Part shown: piece after piece, positions 12,301-24,300 of the stretch
Numbering within the stretch: the first letter of the stretch is position 1
Layout: each line of letters starts with the position of its first letter
Source of the DNA: Hemiscyllium ocellatum
Lineage: Eukaryota
Length of the DNA stretch: 64,000 nt
Direction: 5' to 3'
Assembly: GCF_020745735.1 (NCBI RefSeq)
Contig: NC_083426.1
Coordinates: 12,772,001 to 12,836,000, forward strand
The notes under the pieces: model-generated
Seen by the model: the letters and a program-made list of their open reading frames with translations, nothing else
What the model was told of the DNA's origin: nothing
Databases searched by the model: none
Made by a program: the position numbers and the translations under genes

Positions 12301-15300
12301 CTACCGTGCCTCCCTTGTCGGCCGGTTTGATGGTGAGGTTGGGGTTGGAGTGGAGGGAGTGTCACCCTGACAGGAATATACTTTCTCGGGATTCTTGGTA
12401 TCTCTTTTCTGAAAGCTTACCATTTTCCAGTTGTCCCTTTACCTGCGAACATCTGCCTCCAATCAGCGTTTGAAAGTTCTTGCCTAATACTGTCAAAATT
12501 GGCCTTTCTCCAATTTAGAACTTCAACTTTTGGATGTGGCCCATCCTTTTTCATCACTATTTTTAAACGAATAGAATTATGGTCGCTGGCCCCAAAGTGC
12601 TCCCCCACTGACACCTCAGTCACCTTCCCTGCCTTATTTCCCAAGAGTAGGCCAGGTTTTGCACCTTCTCTCGTAGGTACACCCACATACTGAATCAGAA
12701 AATTGTCTTGTACACACTTAAGAAATTCCTCTCCATTTAAATCTTTAACACTATGGCAGTGCCAAGTCGATGTTTAAAAAGTTAAAATTCCCTACCATAA
12801 CCACCCTATTATTCTTACAGATAAGATCTCCTGACAAGTTTGTTTCTCAATTTCCCTCTGACTACTGCGAGGTCTATAATACAATCCCAATAGAATGATC
12901 ATCCCTTTCTTATTTCCCAGTTCCACCCAAATAATTTCCCTGGATGTATTTCCGGGAATATCCTTCCTTAGCACAGCTGTAATGCTATCCCTAATCAAAA
13001 ATGGCAATAGCCTTCCTCTCTTGCCTACCTTTTTATCCTTCCTGTAGCATTTGTATCCTGGAACATTTAGCTGCCAGTCCTGCCCATCCCTCAGCCATGT
13101 TTCCGTAATTGCTATGATATCCCAGCCCCATGTTTCTAACCATGCTCTGAGTTCATCTGCCTTCCCTGTTAGGCCCCTTGCATTGAAACAAATGCAGTTT
13201 CATTTATTAGTCCTAACTTTTCCCTGCCTGCCCTGACTGTTTGACTCACTTCTGTTCTCAGCTGTACCAGTCTCAGATTGATCTCTTCCAACCCTCCCCC
13301 CCCCGCCCCCACCTTGCTAGTTTAAATCCTTTCAATCAGTTCTAGCAAATTTCCCTGCCAGTATATTCGACCCCTTCCAATTCAGGTGCAATCCTTCTTC
13401 TTGTACAGGTCACTTCTACCCCAAAAGAGATTCCAATGATCAAAAAATGTGAATGCTTCTCCCATACACCAGCTCCTCAGTCATGCATTCATCTGCTCTA
13501 TCCTCCTATTCCTACCCTCACTAGCTTATAGCACTGGGAGTAATGCACTTATAACTACCGTTGATGACCTCCTTTTTAAATTTTTGCCTAACTCTCTGTA
13601 ATCTCCCTTCAGAATCTCAACCTTTTCCCTTCCAATGTCATTGGTTCCAAAGTGGACAATGACCTCCTGCTGGCCCCTCTCCCCCATGAGAACATTCTGC
13701 ACCCTCTCTGAGACATCCTCGATCCTGGCACCAGGGAAACAACACACCATTCTGCTTTTTCTCTGCTGGCCACAGAAATGTCTGTCTGTACTTCTCACTA
13801 CAGAATCCCCTAACACAACTGACCTCTTGGAAGCCAACGAACCCCTCGTTGCATTAGAGCCAGTCTCAATACCAGATACTTGGTTGTTTGTGTTACATTC
13901 CCCTGAGAATCCATCACCCCCTACATTTTCCAAAACAGCATACCTGTTTGAAATGGGTATATCCACAAAAGAATCCTGCTCTAGCTGCCTACCTCTCTTA
14001 CTCTTCCATCTATGTGACTGTATCTGAGACTTTCCCCCCTTTCTATAACTGCCATCCATCACATATTGTTGCTATTGCAAATTCTTCATCGCTTCTATTT
14101 GTCTCTCCAACCGATCCACTCGACCTGATAAGATTCGCATCCAACAGCATTTATGGCAGATATAATCCGCAGTAACCCTTAAACTCCCACATCTGACAAG
14201 AAGTACATATCACAGAAAGGCCATTTTTGTTCCTTCACAATCTACAGACCCAGAAAATAACACTGTCTTATTCCTTGAATAAGACTGCCCCATGTTAAAT
14301 TAATAGCTATGGCTTATATTTTAAGTTTAATCAAGAGGCTTATCTACAAAACCATATAATCAAGAAAGAATCCACTGTACCCACTACTGCAGCCTTTCAC
14401 TTGGACAGGCTTAAAACAACAATTACCTTCTCTGATTGTGTGCTGTGAACTTCGCCCAACAGTTCCTCCAAGATTCGTTGTGAATTTCACTGTTTGTTAA
14501 TTTTCCCAGATGCACTGCGATGTCCAGCGATACACGAATTCAAACAGCAAAGGCAGTAACTGTGCAGGTTTTCTCTCTCTCTCTCTCTCTCTCTCTCCTG
14601 CACTGTCCTCACCATGTGCTTCCTTTGTCTGCTCTTCTCCCTTTTAAACTGCTGTTGTTTTGACTTTTTTTTCCAAAGTTCCAACAGAATGCAACAGCAG
14701 ATAAACAATAATTGCTGCTTCTGGAATTCGAGGAAATCATCTCCAACACCTAAAATACCTCAAAAAAAGGAGCAGCTCTTACAGCCAGAAATGTTTCCCG
14801 TCCTGGGAATTTGGAACATCCTGAGGCTGTGACAAAGGATTGCCTTCATCATGAACTCGATGGAATGTAGCTAATTAAAATGTTAATGTTTATATTAAGC
14901 AATTCAATCCAGTCAAATTTATCAATTCGTTTCTGCTCAGTTTCAGGTGCTTTATGGGCAGAGAAAGATGTAACGGGAATTTTGGGAAGAGCGATCACAA
15001 TATCTTGTCACTACGAAGCATGGTGGTACCAGTCATACGTGAAATATTGGTGTCACGGATGGACTCGTCAGTGTAAGGTTATAGCAACGACAAATTGGCG
15101 AAATGGGAGAATATCAATCACTGATAACAAAACACAAGGAATATTTCTTGTCACACTGAAGAATCTTCAATGGAGGGATGCCGGACGATACAGCTGTGGG
15201 ATTGAGATTTCTGGTATTGAGCTTGACCTCATGTTTAATGTAAATCTGCACATCTCTGAAGGTAAATGTCTCATTGATCTTTTAAAAAGATACTCTCTGC

Positions 15301-18300
15301 TGATATATCTTCTCAATGTTTTATCCAGGAAGAAAAGTGACAAAGAGTTGGAGGATATTTGATTTCTCAATAATTGTTTCTTTCCCACAGAAACCGTCTC
15401 TGTTCCTGGACTTCAATTTTTATCCCAACCAAAAATCTCATGGTTTGGGGTTTCAGTGACAGTCTCCTGTGAGTCTGCCCGAGGATCCCTCCCCATTCAC
15501 TACACATGGTCTGAGAAGATGCCATCACAAGATTCAATGATCTCTGACACCAATAAACTGGATCTACATTGTCAATCCTTCACACAGCAACATCATCAAT
15601 ATTACTGCACAGCCTCAAATACTCAGGGAACAAAACCCAGTGAAATTGTTCATGTGTCAGTCAACAATGTAAGAGAGAAGAACTGCAGTTATAGGATACA
15701 GATCAACAGCATCGGTAAGTGTGATGCAAACAATGTTTGTTTATTATCTCCGTCTGGGAAACTGTAATTGATAAAATGCACTCCATTTGTTTCTTCATCA
15801 TTTCTGAACAAATCCAATGGTTTGCACTGTAGTTAGAAAATGTGGAGGTCCAAAAAATACTAACCACATCATGTAGAAACATTGGAACAACTCCAATAAT
15901 CCCCGCAAAATTAAAACAGCATTTGATTGATGGACAATTTGCATTTTTCTAACAAATGGAATTTTAAATTCAGTCCATGACTGTTGTGCCCAGATTTAGG
16001 GCTGATATTGGGGATAGAGTGGCGATCAGTTGTACAATGAAATACCTGTAAATATTGCCTGCAGTCATTTCCTGATCTGATCTGTTTGAGCTGTCAGAGA
16101 AGAAGCAAGTCAGCATCAAGTCGAAGTGACCCACGGGAACTGTATTTGGAACTATCAGCAGCAGCTCATGTGGCTGCACTCTCACTTTTGATGCCAGCAT
16201 GTTGGGGGTTCCAGTTCCCCTTCGGGGTTAAAATCCAGCTGGATCCCACTGCCCAGCAGAGAGAAGTAATGCTGTGCTGTGGCAGGTGAGACAGTGTCGA
16301 TGAGGTGAGAAACTGAGAACCTGTTCCCCCTTTAGGAATGGCACCATTTGTAAACTATTTACAGAATAGAGTCATAGAGTCATAGAGATGTACAGCATGG
16401 AAACAGACCCTTTGATTCAACGCGTCCAGACCGACTAGATATCCCAATCCAATCTAGTCCCACCTGCCAGCACCAGGCCCATATCCCTCCAAACCCTTCC
16501 TATTCATATACCCATCCAAATGCCTCTTAAATGTTGCAAATGTCCCAGCCTCCACTACTTACTCTGGCTGCACATTTATTCCATGTACCATCCTCTGTGT
16601 GCAAAGGTTACCCCTTAGGTCTCTTTTATATCTTTCCCCTCTCACCCTAAACCTATGCTCTCTAGTTCAGGACTCCCCCACCCCAGGGAAAAGTCTTTGT
16701 CTGTTTATCCTATCCATACCCCTCATAATGTTGGAAACCTCTATAAGGTCACCCCTCAGTCTATGACGCTCCAGGGAAAATAATCCCAGCCTGTTCAGCC
16801 TCTCTCTATAGTTCAAATCCTCCAACCCTGACAACATTCTTGTAAATCTTTTCTGAACCTTTTCAAGTTTCACAACATCTTTCCGATAGAAAGACAACCA
16901 AAATTGCAGACAATATTCCAGCAGAAGCCGAACCAATACCCTGCACAGCTGCATCATGACCTCCCAACTACTGTACTCAATACTCTGACCAAGAAAAGGA
17001 AACATATCAAATGCCTTCTTCTCTATCCAATCTACCTGCAACTCCACTTGCAAGGAGCTATGAATCTGCACGCTAAGGTCTCTTTGTTCAGCAACACTCT
17101 CGACGACCTCACCAGTCCTACTAAGATTTGCTTTCCAAAAATGCAGCATCTCGCATTTATCTGAATTAAACTCGATCTGCCACTTCTCAGCCCATTGGCC
17201 CATCTGATCAAGATCCTGTTGTAATCTGAGATAACCTTCTTCACTGTCCACTACACCTCCAATTTTGGTGTCATCTGAAAACTTACTAACTATACCTCTT
17301 ATGCTTGTATCCAAATCATTTATGTAAATGACAAAAAGTAGACACCCCAGCACCGATCCTTGTGGCACTCCACTGGTCACAGGCCTCCAGTCTGAAAAAC
17401 AACCCTCCACCACTACCCTCTGTCTTCTACCTTTGAGCTAGTTCTGTATCCAAATGGCTAGTTCTCTCTGTATTCCATGAGATCTAACCTTGCTAATCAA
17501 TCTCCCATGGGGAAACGTGTCAAAAACTTTACTGAAGTCCATGTAGATCACATCTACCACTCTGCCTTCATCAATCCTCTTTGTTACTTTTTTCAAAAAC
17601 CTCAATCAAGTTTGTGAGACATGATTTCCCACTCACAAAGCCATGTTGATTATCCCTAATCAGACCTTGCCTTTCCAAATACTTGCATATCCTCTCCCTC
17701 AGGATTCCCTCCAACAACTTGCCCACCACTGACATCAGGCTCACTGGTTATAGATCCCTGGCTTGTCCTTACTAACCTTCTTAAACAGTGGCACCATGTG
17801 AGCCAACCTCCAGTCTCCTGGCACCTCACCTGTGACTATTGATGATCCAAAAATCTCAGCAAGAGGCCCAGCAATCACTTCTCTAGCTTCCCACAGAGTT
17901 CTAGGGTACACCTGATCAGGTCCTGGAGATTTATTTGCCTTTATGCATTTCAAGACATCCTGCACTTCCTCCTCTGTAATATGGACATTTTGCAAGGTGT
18001 CACCATTTACTTCGCTACCTTCTATATCTTCCATAACCTTTTCCACAGTAAATACTGATACAAAATACTCATTGAGTATCTCCCCCATTTTCTGCAGCTC
18101 CACACAAAGCCCGCCGAGCTGAGCTTTGAGGGGCCCTATTCACTCCCGAGTTATCCTTTTGTCCTTAATGTATTGTAAAAGCTCTTTGGATTCCACTTAA
18201 CTCTATTTGCCAAAGCTATTTCATTTCCCGTTTTTACCCTTCTGATTTCCCTCTTAAGTATACTCCTACTACCTTTATACTCTTCTCAGGATTCACTCAA

Positions 18301-21300
18301 TCTGTCTTGTCTATTCCTTACATATGCTTCCTTCTTTTTCTTAAGCAACCCCACAATTTCTTTAGTCATCGAGCATTCCCTATACCTACCAGCCTTTCCT
18401 TTCACCCATACAGGAATGTACTTTCTCTGGATTCTCGTTATCTCATTTCTGAAGGCTTCCTATTTTCCAGCCGTCCCTTTACTTGCGAACATCTGCCCCT
18501 AATCAGCTTCCGAAAGTTCTTGCCTAATACTGTCAAAATTGGACTTTCTCCAATTTAGTACTTCAACTTTTAGATCTGGTCTATCCTTTTCCATCACTCT
18601 TAAATCTGGAATTATGGTCGCTGGCCACAAAGTGCTCCCCTACTGACACTTCAGTCACCTGCCCTGCCTTATTTCACAAGAGTAGTCAGGTTTTGCACAT
18701 TCTCTGATAGGTACATCCACATACTGAATCATAAAATTGTCTTGTCCGCACTTAACAAATTCCTCTCCATCTAAACCCTTAACACTATGGCAGTCCCAGT
18801 CTATGTTTGGAAAGTTAAAGTCCCCTACCATAACCACCCACTATTCTTACAGAAAGCTGAGATCTCCTGACAAGTTTGTTACTCAATTTCCCTCTGACTG
18901 TTCAGGGGTCAATAATACAATCCAAATAAGGTTATCATCCCTTACTTATTTCTCAGTTTCCCCCAGATAACTTCCCTGGATGTATTTCCAGGAATATCCT
19001 CCCTCAGCACAGCTGTAAGGCTATCCCTTATCAAAAATGCCACACCCCCTCCTCTCTTGCCTCCCTTTCTATCCTTTCTGTAGCATTTGTATCCTGGAAC
19101 ATTAAGCTGCCAGTTCTGCCCATCCCTGAGCCATGTCCCTGTATTTGCTGTGATATTCCAGTCCCATGTTCCCAACGTTGCCCTGAGTTCATCTGCCTTC
19201 CCTGTTAGGCTCCTTGCATTGAAATAAATGCAGTTTAATTTAACAGTCCAACCTTCTTCTCTGCTTTGTCCCTGTCTGCCCTGACTGTTTGACTCACTTC
19301 TGTTCTCAACTGTACCAGTCTCAGATTGATCTCTTTCCTCACTATCTCCCTCAGTCCCACCCCACCACCCCCCACACCCCCCACCAGCCCCCACCCCCCC
19401 ACCAACACCTTACTAGTTTAAATCCTCCCGACCAGCTCTAGCAAATTTCCCTGCCAGTGTATTAGTCCCCTTCCAATTCAGGAGAAATCCGTCCCTCTTG
19501 TCCAGGTCATTTCTACCCCAGAAGAGATTCCAATGATCCAAATGTGTGAATCCTTCACCCATACACCAGCTCCTCAGCCATTCATTCATCTGCTCTATCC
19601 TCCTAATCTTGCCCTCACTAGCTGGCAGCACTGGGAGTAATCCAGATATTACTACTCTCGAGGACCTCCATTTTAAATTCCTGCAAAACTCTCTGCAATC
19701 TCCCTTCTGAATCTTAACCGTTTCCCTTCCTATGTTGTTTTTTCCAACATGGACAATGACCTCATGCTGATACCTCTCCCCTGTGAGAACATTCTGCACC
19801 CCCTCTGAGACATCCTTGATCCTGGCACCAGGGAAGCAACACACCATTCTGCTTTCTCGCTGATGGCCACAGAAACATCTGTCTGTACCTCAGACTAGAG
19901 AGTCCCCTAACACAAGCGATCTCTTGGAACTCGACATACCCCTCATTGCATCAGAGCCAATCTCAATACCAGAAACTTGGCTGTTCTTGCTACATTCACC
20001 TGAGAATCCATCACCCCCTGCATTTTCCAAAACATCATACTTGTTTGAAATGGGGATAGTCACAGAAAACCCTGCATTACCTGCCTACCTCTCTTACCTT
20101 TCCTGGACATAACCCATCTATGGGACTGTATCTGCAACTTTTCCCCCTTCCTATAACTGCCATCCATTACACCTCCTTGCTCTTGTAAATTCTTCATTGC
20201 CCTTAACTGTCTCTCCAACCGATCCATTTGATCTGAAAGGATTTGCAACCGAAAGCATTTATTGCAGATATAATTCTCAGCAGCATGTAACTCTCTCAGA
20301 ACGATCACATCCAACAGGAAGGGCATATCACTCTTCACAAGGCCATTTTTGCTTCTTCCAATTTGCAGACCCAGAAAATAGGACTGTCTTATTCCTCTCC
20401 TGCTCCAGGCTAACTTAATGCTTATATTTTTAAGATTAATCAAGAGACATATTTCAATAAAACATATAATCAGGAAAGAATCCAAACTACTCACTCCTGC
20501 AGACTTTCTGTCAGGACACACTTAAAAATATTCACTTATCTGTTTCTGAGCTGTGACCTCTCCCAAACAGGTTCCTCCAAGATTAGTTGTCAATTTCCCT
20601 GTCTGGTAATTTTCTCAGACGCACTATGATGTCCAGTAATACATCAATTCAAACAACAAAGGCAGTAACTGCGCAGGTTCACTGCTGTGTCAGTTAGCAG
20701 TGTGGGTTTCCTTTTCTGTCTCCCTGTCCTGCACTGACCTAACCAGGTGTTGCCTTTGTCTGTTCCTCCCCCTTTTAAAAGTGCTGCTAATTTGACATTT
20801 TTTGCCCAAAGTTCCAAAACAATGCAGCAGCACTTAAACAGTATTTGCTGCTCCTGGAATTCGAGGAGATCACCTTCAACACCTGAAATACCCCAAAAAA
20901 GGAGCAGCCTGTTACGGCCAGAAATTTTTCCCATCCTCCATCTTGGATTACCCAGAATCCTCTTTTTGCTGCCTTCCAACTGTTTTCTTTCTTCAAATGA
21001 GTACTTCACAGAATGGGAAGTATTTTGGGATCTCCTCAAATTCTCGAAAGCACCAAGACCCTTCTGTTTTATCAACGTCCTTCAGGCAATGATATCTGCC
21101 ACCATTTCCAAGTCTGCTCCACATCAGACTCCAGTAATGTACTTTGCCCTTAACTGCCCACTTCAAATGGCTTAGAAAACCACTCAGTCAGGGGCAATTG
21201 GAATGGACAACAAAAGGTGTCCATTAAAGACTAAAAAAAAGAGTTCATAGTTTATTTGTTGCAGAAATGATTCACATTAAAAAAAACCCAATCCGTGTTG

Positions 21301-24300
21301 ACTGTGTATTCCCTGGAGATGGGGGACCTCATCTGTCTGTCTCATGGATTCTCACACTTCAGGAGATGGAAAACCACTGGCGGGTTGTGTCGGTGTGAGG
21401 ATGAGGTTTCACAGTATTCCTGCAGGCTCAGAAAACAGACCTCAAGAAGATGGAAGTGACCACTGTCTATGTCGGCAAGTGACAGCTCCATGTGAAACCC
21501 GTGGTTCTAAACTACTGGGATACCTGGGATGGAGTTACCAGCCCAAACCCTTTAACAAACCCCAATGGAACACACCAACTCTCAGATTCAGGGAAAAATA
21601 ACCGGGATCGTCATTGTGGGGAACTACAGGAGATGGGAGAGATACTGAACAAATATTTCACAGGAGTTTCTACAATGGAAAATGACATAGAGGCGAGGGA
21701 GCTCCAGGAAATAAATATTGATGTCATAAAACACAGTCCTTTTTATTCAAGAAGACGTTTTGGAGGTTTTAAAAATCATAAAAGTGGATAAATCACTGGG
21801 ACCTGATCAAGTGTATCCGAGGATGGTGTGGAAAGTTGGGGAAGGGATTTGGGGCATCTCTAGCAGAGATATTTGCAACATCCACAGCCATGGGTGAGGT
21901 GCTGAAGGACTGGAGGGTGGTTAATGTTGTACCTTTATATAAGAAAGACTGTAAGGAGAAGCTTGGGAACTCTCGAGCTGTGATTCCGATATCTGTGCTG
22001 GGTTGGTTGTTGCAGTGGATTCTGAGAGAGAGGATTTACATACATTTGGAGAGTCAAGAGCTGATTTGGGATAGAGTGAGGGAAATCGTGCTGTCCAAAC
22101 CTGACTGAGATATTTAATGAAGTAACCAAAACAATTGATGACAACACAGCAGTACACATTGTCTACACAGGCATTAATGACAGGGTTCCGCAGGGTAGAC
22201 TAATCAGGAAAGTTAGATCACATGGGGTTCAGGGTGAGCTTGCCAATCAGATACAAATTTGGTTTGGGACAGGAGACAGAGGGTGGTCATGAAGGACGTT
22301 TCTTTGGACTGACGGCATGTGACGAGTGGTGTTTCACAGGGATCAGTGCAATTTGTATAAGCAATTTGGAGAAGAATTTAGGATGCATGGTTAATGAGTT
22401 TGTGAATGACACCAAATTTGGTGATATAGTCAACAGTGAAGATTATCTAAGATTACAAAGGCATTTTTATTAACTGGGTCATTGGGCTGCTCGGTGGCAG
22501 ATGGAGTTTAATTTGGATAAATGTGAGGTATTGCATTTCGGTAAAACAAACAAGGGGAGGATTTATACAATTAATAGTCAGGCCTTGGGATGTGCTGGCA
22601 AACAGAGGGACCTTGGGGCTCAGGTGAAGCAGGTGTTTAGCACGTTTCTCTGCATTGCTCAGACCATTGAGTATCGGAGTTCGAACATCTTATTGTGGTT
22701 GTATAGGATGTTGCTGAGGCCACTCTTGGAGCACTGTGTACAATTCTGAACACTGAAACAGGAAGGTTATCATTCAACTGGAGAGGTTTCGATCTTCTCC
22801 TGAACATATCATAAGCCCATGTGACAGAGTTCCCAAACACTGAAGAGCAACATTATTAATTATGAATGAAATGAAAAAGAGCAAATAATGTTTCTTTTAA
22901 GTGAACATACCAGTATAATAATTTTAATTTTTCCAAAGTTTTTAATGTTGAACACACTCTGGAAACAGGAGTGGTAGTACCTCCTCAAACAAAACATCTT
23001 GCGTTTGCTTTTATTTCTTTTCTGTTTTGGAGTGCTGTTCATTAAATATTGTTTTGTGAGATTCAGTCACAAAAGTAGGTGGTTGGTTTATATTTCTCTT
23101 CTCACTAAAAGCCTTTTCCATTCAGTCTTTAACTTGAATGAAGTTGTTTACTCTCTTTCAATCTCATTGAATTACACATTACAGTGTAATACTACGATAA
23201 CATTTTTGTTCATCATTGCCATCTCTCCATTTATAGTCAAGAAATTTTCAAACATTCAAAATTAAAATGCCCAATGTAACATTACTCTAGACTATGACTT
23301 AGTCAATTCTGTTGCAAGAAACCTTCCGGAAACATTTTGTGGCTGGAGCCCATGAATTTCATGCAGAATAATTCACGGACAGAAACCTGAAGTGTGCATC
23401 TCTCTGTTTTCACAATTCTCCTTTTTCCAAAGCTTCCTTTTTCCAATAAGATCACTGCTTTCTGACCTTCATCACCTTTAATCATTCATGTATCTATCTC
23501 CCTCTCTTCTCTCCCCACCACCTCTTCACTTACACTTAATATCCTTTCTGTCACTTTATTAAAGAATTGTACCCCACACAAAAGGCAATTCTCTCAACAA
23601 AATTGTTGGTCTGGTATTTATTGAACTAAAGTCTAGCCAGACTTCGACAGGCTCCTCCTCTTTCACACCAGAACCTAATGGCACAGCAATTTATACATTT
23701 TCTCATGAAGCATCTCTCTGGAAAGGTCAGTAACTTACTTTGAGGAGAAAGTGAGGACTGGGGATGCTGGAGATCAGAGTCGAGAGTGTGGTGCTGGAAA
23801 AACACAGCAGGTCAGTCAGCATCCGGAGAGCAGGTGGTGATTTTACCCTCCTTACATTCTCAGCAATATGTGATTACAAATAATCCTGCCCTTATTGCCA
23901 TCAAGGTCCTGCACATTGATCTCTCTCCCACATTGTGAAACATCCCTGGCAGAAGCTGAAGTCTCTTTCTTTCCTACACAAGGGCTCACATCATCTTCCT
24001 GGGTCACCTGCTGTGTCTGCTCCTTGAGCCCTGAAAATGCAACCCCTGAGCCCACCATGAGTTGACACACACACCTCTCCTCAGTGGATGAAACCCTCCT
24101 TCTCAGGTCGGAGTAAGGACCCTTCAGCACCTGTGCCCTCCTTCACACTGATCCCCAGCCGACTCCAATCCAGGCCTGTCACTCAGGCTGCTCTCCGCGG
24201 TGGGGGGGAATTTGGCTCCGCGAGCCCAATTTCAAGTTTGTCCCAAAGCTCGACTAGGGAGGTAAGAAAATATCCCGACTGTTTCAATCATTCCCTGGGA

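Larger units (their letters stand above)
8211..14811 (-). mobile_element. Near full-length CR1 LINE in intron 1, interrupted by a Penelope element
   Basis: 3' (tctatga)n-type tail at 8211; RT ORFs 8658..10062; ORF1 SGNH esterase 13526..14062 (LGDS, GTND); empty site visible in the paralogous intron at 24281-24320. Confidence 0.92.

Noticed and set aside
10565-12473. Many long G-rich or P/T-rich overlapping ORFs
   Set aside because: Antisense and alternative frames of the C-rich Penelope ORF
14941-15261. Calling the V exons IgNAR, TCR or Ig V segments, or pIgR itself
   Set aside because: No recombination signal sequences flank them, they end in a complete G strand with a splice donor, and the V-C2 alternation with a charged TM is unlike pIgR; no gene symbol assigned
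16086-16289. 67-aa ORF ending at ggcag|gtgaga, open in both copies
   Set aside because: No clear acceptor or domain similarity; conservation is explained by the recent duplication
21012-21050. Possible degenerate leader for V2 (atgggaagtattttgggatctcctc)
   Set aside because: Weak similarity, no downstream donor, not hydrophobic enough
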